Notes under the pieces: generated by a model
Seen by the model: the letters and a program-made list of their open reading frames with translations, nothing else
Told to the model about the DNA's origin: nothing
Databases searched by the model: none
Assembly: GCA_002189035.1 (NCBI GenBank)
Contig: NEEC01000016.1
Span: forward strand, 434,001-498,000
Source of the DNA: Utricularia gibba
Taxonomy: Eukaryota > Plantae > Magnoliophyta
Length of the DNA: 64,000 bases
Direction: 5' to 3'
Translations under genes and position numbers: made by a program
Part shown: positions 1 through 10,929 of the stretch, in pieces
Numbering within the stretch: position 1 is the first letter of the stretch
Layout: every line of letters starts with the position of its first letter

Positions 1-1861
1 TTTGATGATCTATAGTGGCACCGGGGTGTAAACTCACAGAATGTATCCCAGATGCTTTTAAAGGTTTGCAGACATGGCGTACCTATCAGTGATGTGGCAG
101 TTTGGGAGTAAGAAACATGGACAACTTTGAGAATACTCTCAAAAGGAGGGGATCACAACAACACACTGAGTTAGACTTCTCATTCTCATGAAAGGTAAGA
201 TGTGTCGCTCACGACAAAACAAAGTTATGAATAGGAACAAGATACGTGTTTCACACATATAAAGTATCAAAAATAATTTTGAAATAAATAGGATATGTGT
301 TTTACAACGCATTCAAGAAATTACCTACAACACCAGAATATTGAACCCCGGATGAACTAGGGCAAGAGAGGAAACTCTACAAGCTAGGGAATGTAACAGA
401 AAATACACAGAAACTTAGTTGTTAAGAATAAAAACCATAACGTATTTTTTAAAATCCGAAGGTCCAGGCGGTCAATGAAAAATTTGAAAAGAAGTGTCAA
501 ACCTTTGAAGCTCTATCCTGAGAGGGGACTAGGAATAAAAGAAAGGGGATGATAAAAGATATCCCCTCTTTCTTTTGCATTGAAATTGTGTCTGCAGCAG
601 CTGATGCTAACCAGGCAATTTGCTCATATTTGAAAATTCTCACATCAATCTCAAATATATCCTTTCCACTGGAATAACAGCTCCAAAAGTCAAGCCCCCA
701 TCCATAAGTGATGAGAGATTTTTCCCATCCATGCATTAACCTTTCATCATTGTCTATCGTGTTCTGGACTGCTTCCAGGAACATGATTAGAGATTTTGGT
801 GGGCACACCGTGTCACTGCCAAGATCGTTCTTGGAAAGATTCCATGACTGACTGGACTCCTCTAACTTAAAAATCTGTCTCGTTTGTTTCCCTATATTGA
901 ATACCACTTCAGGTCCCATAAAATGTTTACATGGCATAGGTACTGACATTCTATGACGTTTGGACCTCATAACATCACGATCTTCAGTATCTTGGCACAC
1001 AACCCCGTCATTGTGGAGGAGGCCATCAAGTTCAGAGGTCTTCCGGACGTTGGGCTTCATAAGTCCATTGCTCTTTTGTCTTTTCTTTTTTCTTTTGAGT
1101 TCTGGCTTCCCCTTCCTATCATTAAAAGGGTCTTCGGGAGTTGGAAGACTGTAACACATACCCTGCACAGGTAATCATTAACAGAAAAGAAATCAGGCTA
1201 CAAAAATCAACAGTATTTCCTTTATAATCTGACACCTTAGCGCACCCTTCTCAATTTCATCTTCAACACCCATACTTTGTATTCCTCGTGAACATCATGA
1301 GCCACCCCACGAGATCAACGTGTACATGCAAAAGTAACAGGATATCTTCATTTAATCCACTAAATCTCCCATCATATGCCTGTGGACGCTTATGCTTGTC
1401 CTTAATCATTAACTCTTCGTTCCCTATGAATACTCGTTGTCCCTAGCTCCCAGAATATATCAAGGTTCCTAACGACCCTACTTTTCTTTTAGTATACCTG
1501 CACATGCTACCTGCTCATTCTTCGGTTTTCTCTATCTCCAGCACTAAATTTTATAAAAACCCAAAAATGAGGGGCAGACAAATCATGATAAAGCACACGA
1601 AGATGTATCAAAGCACTTCACAACAAACCCAGTCACCATGGAATACAAAAGCCCCGGAAAACGTTAATGCTCAGAATCAATGACAAAGTCAACCTAAGTA
1701 ACCTGACAGAGTCGGCGCTTGCCAGCAAGGCGTCTCTTCTTAGAGGCGATGATGGAGGCGACACGAGTAGAGACCTTCGAAGTCGAGTCATTTTTACCAT
1801 CTTGCTTCTTCCTTACCCTTTTGATCTTCCGCCGGGCTATAGAGTCGTCGCTTCTCCCCAT
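1..1861 (-). CDS. DEAD-box-helicase-like P-loop protein (At2g28600-like), 3' part runs off the window start; exons 1861-1703, 1162-503, 82-1
   Basis: Spliced translation MGRSDDSIARRKIKRVRKK...KKRRLAGKRRLCQ|GMCYSLPTPEDPFND...FLLFLVPSQDRASK|VRHVCKPLKASGIHSVSLHPGATIDHQ with GT-AG junctions in frame; matches recalled plant family motifs (SLPTxEDPFND, LFLVPS, SLHPGA). Confidence 0.8.
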
Positions 1862-1917
1862 TTCCGGCGACAGGTCGGCGAAGAGTTCAAATTAGCATAC
1901 GGCCTCCTTTCAGTCTG

Positions 1918-1925
1918 AAACCCTA
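1918..1925 (+). promoter_or_regulatory. Telo-box AAACCCTA upstream of the helicase-like gene
   Basis: Exact AAACCCTA 57 bp upstream of the minus-strand ATG; telo-boxes are established in plant ribosome-biogenesis and translation genes. Confidence 0.5.
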
Positions 1926-2287
1926 AATTCCGTTTTTTTGGGGGGCGGGGAAGAAAATTACAAAACTAACAAAACATTAAGCTGAGAATACAATTTTTTA
2001 ATTTTTTACACATAATTAACAGTTTAAAAATTTAAATAAATAAATTATAGCTAACGTCCTGGCACACAGTAAACAAGAAGTAATTCTATTTTATTTTTAT
2101 TTATTTAACATGGGTGATCACGGTACGGTGGTGACGTGGATGTTGCAGTTCTCATCATCCTACCTTGCGACAGCGACATCTCGCCTCTCTTCCTTTCCCA
2201 GCCGATTCTTTAACCCTCCCAAGAAACCGCTCTCTTCTCCTGCGAAAATTCGAAGACCAATCCGAATCGGTTGCTGTATGTGACGAA

Positions 2288-5200
2288 ATGGATATGCCGA
2301 GACCGCGGCCGCGGCGAATGGCGTCGCTTCGTGATTCACGGCTCTCCGAGCACGACAAAATCGACGGACTCGGCAGTTGGGACGCCCTTGATTGGACAAA
2401 AGTTGATGTAAATGCCCAATGTCACGCAAGAGTTCTACCTTGATTTCTTCCCAATCTTTTTAAGAATTGTAAATATATATGGAAAAGAAAAATTTGTTAG
2501 TTATGTTGCTTCTCTTTTCTGACAGCCTGTGTCCAAGTCTTCTTCTGCTCACGGACTTCAGGAGTTCTTGATCAAATCTGAGCGAGTTATAGTAGAGGTA
2601 GTTCTGGTTTTGATTGTGGCTGCGTTTGTTTTTTTCCCGTGGAACGAGGGTAATCTGGGAAACAAGTAATCCTTCTTTATCTGGAAATTATGAGGTAGAT
2701 TCAGAGATTATGTTCTGGTATCGGGTGTAAAATGCCAACCTTGAGGAGATTCTAAAATGCATCTCACCATGTGTGGATGTGAATACGAAAATTTATGCTT
2801 GTCAGTGAAAGGAGTTAAATGTGCTCAAATTTTTGCTCCCTCCCTCGCTGTTTAATGTGTGCAGCTTAGCAATTACTAAGTCATTATAGAATTCTATACA
2901 AAATTCTATTCATTTATGCCTACTTTTATATTATTGATATTTGAAGTCACCTCCAGGGATGTAGTGTGGTTCTTGTGAATACTGATGAAGCTGGAACACT
3001 GTTTGTCACTAACTTCCGCCTTCTCTTCTTGGTAAGAATTGCAGTTATAATTTAGAAAAAATTTTTGTTACCGAATGAAGATGTAAGGGTTACATGTTTA
3101 TTCCTGGTAAGTGGTGTGCCTTGGAAATAATGTTAAATATGAGACATGTCTCATTACCCATTTCCTAATTTACAGTATCACTCTCATTGAACTGTAATTC
3201 CCCAGCTTTTTTTTTCTTGAAAAATAAGCATCCGCTAACTAAACCCCTTATTGGAATTATTATCATCTTTGCATTTGGGGTATTATACTAACGTTCATTT
3301 GATCTTATTATTGGAGAAATAAAATGTGTTAAAGAAACCTTGAGTCTAGTCATAGATTACTATCAAATGTTGATTAATGATTATAAAAAATTATTGTGTT
3401 AAATTTTCGTAGTGTGTATTTTATTATGTTAGTGTTTTTATATGCTATTTACCATGCCATTGATACTTATGTAAACTCCTTCTGTAGAGTGATGTATCTA
3501 GAGGCATTATTTCTCTTGGCACTATACCCTTAGCAACTATCGAGAAATTCGGCAAAACTGTAAGTTTTTATACTCAAAGAAAAATTGAAGCTACTCAATG
3601 GAATCTGTATTTTTTATGTGAGTAGTGATACAATGCGCTTTATTTTAGATTTGTTCATTGTTGGAAAAATGCTTAGATGTTGTTGGTTATGCATGCAGCA
3701 GAAGTGTGTTATTTTTTTGTTCTTGTTGCTCTTGCTGTGCCCAGCTGTTAGAATCATTGTAATTTTGCTTATTGGCATTATTAAATTTTATTTTCTGAAA
3801 TCTCTTGTGTAGGTTTTTAAGCTCGCAGTTCCTAGGCCAGCTGATAAGACTCCTTCTTTACGGTTGCTCCAAATTGTTGGTATGCACTCTCATAATTAAA
3901 TAAAAATACAAGGGAATAGTTTGATATACTGCCTTCATGCCTACTGTGAATTCAGATGTATCAGTTTACATTGATCAAACTATCTATATTTGTTAACTTC
4001 AGGAAAAGATCTGCGAATCATTGTCTTTGGGTTTCGCCCACGAACAAAACAGGTATTCATGATGAGAATGGAAAGTTGCCGTCTGGACTTTACAGCACTG
4101 CAGAATCTGATGCAAAGTTTGTGATATTGCAGAGGCGTGCTGTATATGATGCCTTAACTAGCTGTGCTAAGCCAGCTTCACTTTGGGATTTCTATGCTTT
4201 TTCCAGTGGGCTATATATATTTAGTAACACAACCCCTAAGGTGCGGCTATTAAATGAGTACTTCCGACTCCTTGGTCTAGAATCATGTGATGCTTCCCAA
4301 AGAACTGTTGAAGATGGTTCATTCACATTTTCTAACAAGTGGTGGAGGATAACTAATGTGAATTCTAATTATACAATGTGCTCAACCTATCCGTTTGCAT
4401 TGCTTGTCCCAAATTCAATCAGGTGAAGCTCTCCTCTGTTGCATATTTATTGGAAATTGTGGCAGCATATCATTAATGCTAATGTTTCTATGTCATGCAT
4501 TTTCATGATCAATGTTTTCAGTGATTCAGAAATACTGCAGGCTTGCACATTCCGTGCACGGTCTAGATTGCCAGTGATATCGTGGTGTCATCCAGGTGGT
4601 TGTTGTTTTGTTTTTAAGGCCATATTCTTCAACTTTATTCAGCTGTCTTTTGATATTGATGTAGGTACGGGGGCTGTTCTTGCACGTTCTTCACAACCAA
4701 TGGTTGGTCTAGTAATGAATATGAGGAGGTGCGCTCGTATCATTTTTAAGGTTTAGATTTAAGGTTTTAAAATGATGTTTCATGGCTAGAAGTAAGGTGC
4801 TGATTGCTTTTGCAATCCAATAGTTCTATCCCATGTCTTCTTTTTACTTACCAATTTTAATCTAAAGCAAAATCATGCAGCAATGTAGACGAGAGGCTAG
4901 TTGCTGCCCTATTGACTCAGCTTTCTGGAAATAAGGAACAAAGGAGGTGAAATCTCTTGAATGAGTTTAGTGCTTAGTTTTTTTCTGTCCATCTTGTTCT
5001 CGCACAAATTCATGTTTCCAAGACACTAATTCTTGGAACATGGTACAAGCAGAAAATTATATATTGCTGATGCAAGGCCTAGGAAGAATGCCTTAGCTAA
5101 TGGAGCAATGGGCGGTGGATCAGAGTCATCTTCCAATTATTCTCAATCAGAGGTCTTTTACCGAGTAGTCCTGCAATGCTTACTTATCCATCATGCTCAT

Positions 5201-8200
5201 AGTCAATATTTGAACTTTCTCAGATTGTTTTCTTTGGTATTGATAACATACACGCTATGAGAGAGAGTCTGGTTCGGCTCAGGGGCTATGTGGATACTCA
5301 CGGCTCCACTTCATCTGATGGGAAATCTTCATTTTTAGTATGTCGTTCCCTTCTTTTGACTTTGTTGGGGTCTACATTGCGTGTGCTGGAAAGAATATTT
5401 TTTCTCTTAGGTTTGATCTGCTGAATGGCCATATGCTTTGTAGCACTTTTATGCCCTTTTGTTTAAAAATATCTAACCTTGAGCCCTCTGCAGTTTTCAA
5501 TGTGATTGTTCTTACATTCTATGCTTCAGATGATGTTTTCAGGATTCTCTTTATGTAATATTTTTTCAAATGAATGAATTTGATTGACGTTGGGCGATCA
5601 AGACTGGAATTTCTGCTTCTCATGTTTTCAATTGTTTTTATAGCGGCATGGTGGGTGGACATGGGGTGGAGGTAATTTGAGCAGTATGTCTGCCTCAGTC
5701 GCAACACTTGGGGATAGTGGTTGGCTAACGCATGTCCAGAGCATTTTGGCTGGTTCAGCTTGGATTGCTGCCCGCGTAGCTCTGGAATCAGCATCAGTGC
5801 TTGTTCATTGTAGGTAAGAAAGCCACCGATTGATCCTTTACTTTGACTATAGAAACTAGATGTGAGTGAAATATTTTTTATATTTTATTAAATGCATTCG
5901 TGAAGGGTTAGGAATTCGAATGCAACATTCAGTTTTTTTAAAAAATTGGAATTTTTTCAGACAGTATATGCCTTCAATTTCTTGAGTGTTGTGCTTTATT
6001 TTTCCAAAACATGTGATGATGTTTCCTGATTTACGATGAACTCTTGGAAAAAATTTAGGGGAACCTAGAATATACATTTATTTCAGTGCTTATCTCGTGG
6101 ACCTAGTAATTTCTTTTCTTTTCATGTTTTTTATGTCTTCAGATAATGTGGGTTCATTTTTTATGATGTTTTTCCCCACATCTTATATATTTTTCCAGCT
6201 TTGTCCAGTAATAGCTTCTATAATCATAATGTTCTTCATCTTGAGATCCTTCTATATGTTAAAATAATTCACTTTTGATTTTATATTTACATGACTCTTA
6301 CTTTTGTTTTCATGAAGTGATGGATGGGATAGAACAACCCAATTAGTGTCACTTGCGAGTTTATTGCTTGATCCATATTACCGGACTATCAAGGGTTTTC
6401 AGGTAATAGCGAAATATCATTAGCATTTATGTTTGATCTATAGGTTTATGTTAGAATTCTTGTTACTCAACGCATCCAAAACTTTCAATAGTCTTGCATT
6501 CTGGTTTAAGTCCCATCCATATCCTGTTGCTTCATTTGCATTTCATGAGATGATTAGGCCATACCTTTTCACGTACTGATAGAGATAAAAGCAATAGCAA
6601 CAACCTTCAAAAAAGGCATTTGTTGGTGTGAGTCCCACATTCTTTCTTTCAGTGAAGATTTAGCTTTTCCGTTTAACCAGTTGTGTTGTCTGCCTTGGTC
6701 TAGGCGCTGATAGAAAAGGACTGGCTTGCCTTTGGTCATCCATTTTCTGATCGCCTGGGAATACCAACCATATTCGGGATTGAAAGTGGTACTGGTGAGC
6801 TGTCTCGACATTCATTTCAAGGCAATATTCCTTCATCACCAGCACGTCAGTCATCCAGCCCAGGAACATCTCAGTCAACATCTTCCCATGCACAAAATAA
6901 TTACTCACCCATCTTTTTGCAGGTGAGTACCTCTGTGATCAATGTCCAAGAACAACATTTCTTATGACACATTTCCACCCTAACATTTTTATTTTTTTTT
7001 CCGCTGTTTCTTCTTTATTTCATTTTAGAGTCTGATACATTCTTAATCATATCAAATTTTTCTGCAGTGGGTAGATTGTATAGCACAGCTTTTACGAATA
7101 TATCCATATGCCTTTGAATTCTCATCGGTATGAAACTCCTTGCTGAATACATGCTAATTCATTAAGAATCTGTTATGGTGCTTAATTACTTATTTGTGTT
7201 TCAACCTTCAGGTTTTTCTAGTAGATTTATTGGATTTTGTGCTTTCCTGCCGTTTTGGGAATTTTTTTTGCAACAGGTATGAATACTACCTCCCTAGTTG
7301 TATAATTCTACATATTCTTCATCTGGAATGTAGGCAGCCAGCTTTTTTTTAATGAAGTTGGATGTGATCTCAAACCACTCTTAAGTTTCAATCTATAATG
7401 GAACTTTGAAGCTGATGTCCGAACATATGCATGTTTGAGAGCATTCAGTTGTGATGATGTTTCCTAAAACAAAACATGTATTTGCTTCAGGAAGTAGTTA
7501 TTAATGTTTATTTTTTAAATAATCGTATGTTATCAGTGAAAAAGAGAGACAGCAAGCCGGTGTTTTTGACGATTGTGGGTGCATGTGGACGTATCTAAGT
7601 GACTTGCGATCCTCAGATGGGAAGTCTCACGTGCACTATAACTACTTCTATGACCCATCAAAATTTCAAGGCCCATTGCTTCCTCCCGCTGCTGTTCTGG
7701 CTCCCACTCTTTGGCCTCAGTTCCACCTTCGGTGGTCTTGTCCTTCAGAGGCCCAAGCTGGAGAGACTGAGATGCACTTCAGGAACATGGCCAGAAAGCT
7801 CTTGGAACTGCAGAAGGTGCATCACATGGTGTCATTTTTTTTCTTTTCTCTCCTACGTTTGGTGCCACTAGGACTCTTAATCTCTTGGAGATGTGTGTTC
7901 GTTGATAGTCTTGAAAAGAAGCTGTGGGCATTTTTTTGTGTGCGAAGCTTTACCGTAAACGTGCATTGACAGGGATCTAGGATTAGGCAGCTCATGTCAT
8001 ATATGTTCTTTTAAACAGTGACCTAAGATAGAGCTGTGTTTGTGCTGAAATGACATGAGTTTATGGTGTCAATTGTCATGTCATACGTGTGTCTCAGGCT
8101 ACATATTATGCAGGAAAAAGAAGCCGCCGAGGAAAAATTCAGAGAAGCTACATCTGCCATGCGCACAATGGCTTCTGAATTGAGGAAGGAGAAGATGATT

Positions 8201-8587
8201 ACTCGTGCAGCCAGTGATGAGGCCAGGAAAGTCGTCAAAGAATCTGCAATAATAAAGAGGGCGATTCAGTCACTCGGATGCAAAGTCCACTTCTCACAAG
8301 AAGGTGACTCCATTGTCGGCATCGAAAGGGTAGCCACAGACACCCCCCAGAAATCACTGCCTACATTTTCGGACTCAGACATTGAAAGTGTGGCAGAGAG
8401 TACATCCGGTGAGGATTCATTTGCTCGTGTCTGTGAATCCCTGTGCTCTTTGCGCACCGGAGGAAGGGCCTGTCGATGGCCCGACACGGTTTGCGCTCAA
8501 TCCGGTAGCCAGTTTGTGGGCATGAAGGCAAATTTTGATGCATTCGACCGGGTCTCCATCGACGACACCTACTTCAAACCGCAGTAG
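2288..8587 (+). CDS. MTM: Myotubularin-like phosphoinositide 3-phosphatase, multi-exon
   Basis: Exons give [14 protein letters not shown]-like region ([13 protein letters not shown]), [28 protein letters not shown], intact catalytic VHC-S-DGWDRT split across an intron (~5812/6318), [14 protein letters not shown] and C-terminal coiled coil ending YFKPQ*. All junctions checked are GT-AG and in frame. Confidence 0.95.
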
Positions 8588-8603
8588 AGGAGGAGGAGGA
8601 GGA
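8588..8603 (+). repeat. (GAG)n microsatellite directly after the MTM stop codon
   Basis: aggaggaggaggagga seen directly. Confidence 0.7.
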
Positions 8604-9162
8604 GCTGGGGGGCTGTACATTTTAGCTAAGCCTCTCTGGTTGAAGTGAAGTGAAAGTGAAGTGAAGAGCCTTCACTGATGCACTTTGATCAAACAACCAC
8701 CGCGGTGCTCCACCGGTTTTTGTAGGCTTGTGATTCTTTGGCAGAGGTAAGGATTCTGCATCATCCTTCATGAATAACAACACACAACACACACTGCATA
8801 AGTTTGAGCTTGTTCTATAGGTTTTAGAGGAGCAAACAGGATTCGTTCAATTCTCACCCCATTGGTGGTTCATTTCCTGGGAATAATGGGAGCACCCTTG
8901 GACTGTGCGTTTTTCTTTTTTGAAAACAAAATATAATTTTAATTGTAATTTAGTTAAAGAATAGTACTTGAAGGGGAAGTAGAAATAATCCTTCTCTGAT
9001 TCACCAGTGACGGTTTACGTATTTGCATGTACATTATTTGAGTTTTAAGATAGTAGGGATTAAAATACTATTTGTGAAATTTAATTATAATTCTCGCAAT
9101 TTTTACTTTATTTCCTATTAACAAAAATTCGAGGGAGAAAAAAAGAGTGCAAGTGGTGGTCC

Positions 9163-9297
9163 CCACGTACGCTGATCCGGAACTTTGCGGTTCTAATCGA
9201 ATCGGGACCGTTCAGTTATTATGAGATCGACGGTGGATATCTGCATCCGGGAAGTTCACAACTGACCAATAACAGCGTAGGCCAGACTTCTATATAT
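9163..9297 (+). promoter_or_regulatory. Replication-type histone promoter module
   Basis: CCACGT..GATCCG type-I-like element (9163-9180), nonamer AGATCGACG (9224-9232), CCAAT (9266-9270) and TATATAT (9291-9297) upstream of the H2B ATG; these motifs are established in plant histone promoters. Confidence 0.7.
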
Positions 9298-9377
9298 TGA
9301 CGACCTGTCCTCCACTCGACTATCCGTATCTTCGGAATCTTGCTACTTTGTATTGTGATTCTACGGAAGAGAAGCGT

Positions 9378-9821
9378 ATGGCTCCCAAGGCAGAGAAGAA
9401 ACCCGCGGAGAAGAAGCCCGCCGCTGAGAAGGCACCGTCGGCCGACAAGGCTCCGGCGGAGAAAAAGCCCAAGGCGGGGAAGAAGCTCCCGAAGGAGGCT
9501 GGCGCCTCAGCGGCCGACAAGAAGAAGAAGAGGATTAAGAAGAGCTCTGAAACCTATAAGATCTATATCTTCAAGGTTCTGAAACAGGTGCATCCTGATA
9601 TCGGGATTTCGAGCAAGGCCATGGGCATTATGAACAGTTTCATCAACGACATCTTCGAGAAATTGGCGCAGGAGGCATCGAGACTCGCTCGCTACAACAA
9701 GAAGCCGACAATTACTTCCCGTGAGATTCAGACTGCGGTGAGGTTGGTGTTACCTGGTGAGCTTGCGAAACACGCTGTTTCAGAAGGGACCAAGGCGGTC
9801 ACCAAATTCACCAGCTCTTGA
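9378..9821 (+). CDS. H2B: Histone H2B, intronless, 147 aa
   Basis: [14 protein letters not shown]...[40 protein letters not shown]...AVTKFTSS; true ATG at 9378, the ORF track extension starts at a TTG. Confidence 0.99.
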   Translation: MAPKAEKKPAEKKPAAEKAPSADKAPAEKKPKAGKKLPKEAGASAADKKKKRIKKSSETYKIYIFKVLKQVHPDIGISSKAMGIMNSFINDIFEKLAQEASRLARYNKKPTITSREIQTAVRLVLPGELAKHAVSEGTKAVTKFTSS

Positions 9822-10929
9822 AACACGTTCCTTGTCGTCCTCGTGATCCATTGCAGTTCGATTTTAGGTCTAGCATAGTGCCCTGTATAAATTTTTTCGA
9901 ATCTATATTATGAGCTCTAGTTTTCAATACTTCCGCTCTTCGAGTCGATGTGTGAGATGCAAAATTTGTCCTCCTCGTCATGGCTTCTTGCTTCGTCTTA
10001 TGTTATTTGTTGCAACACCAGGTTATGAATTTCCTGGTAGAACCAAATGGTTCTTCTGATGCAATGATGGGTGCGTCATTTTTGCGAAAAGAAGTGGTCC
10101 TTAATATCCAGCATTTGATTTTTGTAAACTGTTCAAAGAGATGATTCAGTCCATTTCTGCTTTACTGTACATCACATGGTCGCAATGCTTCTGATGCTTC
10201 ATGGGATTTCAGTCTAACTTCCGCTTCTTCCGTGTTCAGCTTGACAGCTTGCCCAAGTTTGTTGCTTTTCCCGTAATATATGCAGTATAAAATAGCCATT
10301 TATCTGACGCCTTGCTGTATGTCCTGGAGTGGTTGTGGCTTTTTTTTTTGGGTGATTCTTGGAATTGCTAGCAGTAAGCTATCCTAACTTGATTGCTGCA
10401 TGGCAGAATGGTTTGTCTAGCCTAACTGTCTTCGCATCACTGCTGAGGTATAACAGAGATGGATTAAAGGTTATGTAGGAGCTCGGTTTTTATTTCCCAT
10501 TATCAAAGTTTCTCTTTTTTTCTGTGTTTTGGAAACCCCACAAATCTCTTGTATTGCTGATGATTCTGTGAAAATGGGTAGGAAAGTTGTCGGTGAGAAT
10601 GAGCATAATCTAGAGCTCTTCGTTTGGTTTAAAGATGGATTCATGAGCGAATGATCCCCGTTCTGCAAATTTTGCTCCTTATGCAATGGCCAAGCCTGTT
10701 CCAAGTATCGAAGGAACAGGGAGTTAGAGCACCCAACTGTGTTTTTCCGTTCATTATTTTATAAGAAGATAATGTAGAGATGTCCAAGATCACAGGGGGG
10801 GCCAACTCAGACAGGAAATAATAGAGAGTTTGTTTATTTGTGTTGTGTTCTTTAAGAATTAAAGCACGTTCCTGAATTCTGGTTAGCTTCTGTTCCTGCT
10901 CGTATCGCGATCGACTTTGGAAGAAGGCA

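Noticed and set aside
8640-8680. GTGAA tandem repeat with a small hairpin (agtgaag-agc-cttcact) in the MTM 3' UTR
   Set aside because: Too short for a miRNA precursor and not spacer-separated like a CRISPR array; simple repeat.
9297-9377. N-terminally extended H2B from the ORF track
   Set aside because: Starts at a TTG immediately after the TATA box; the canonical MAPK start is at 9378.
10000-10900. snoRNA-like C/D boxes or a small gene between H2B and GH3
   Set aside because: Isolated TGATGA without a matching D box and terminal stem; the short ORFs lack ATG context or family motifs.
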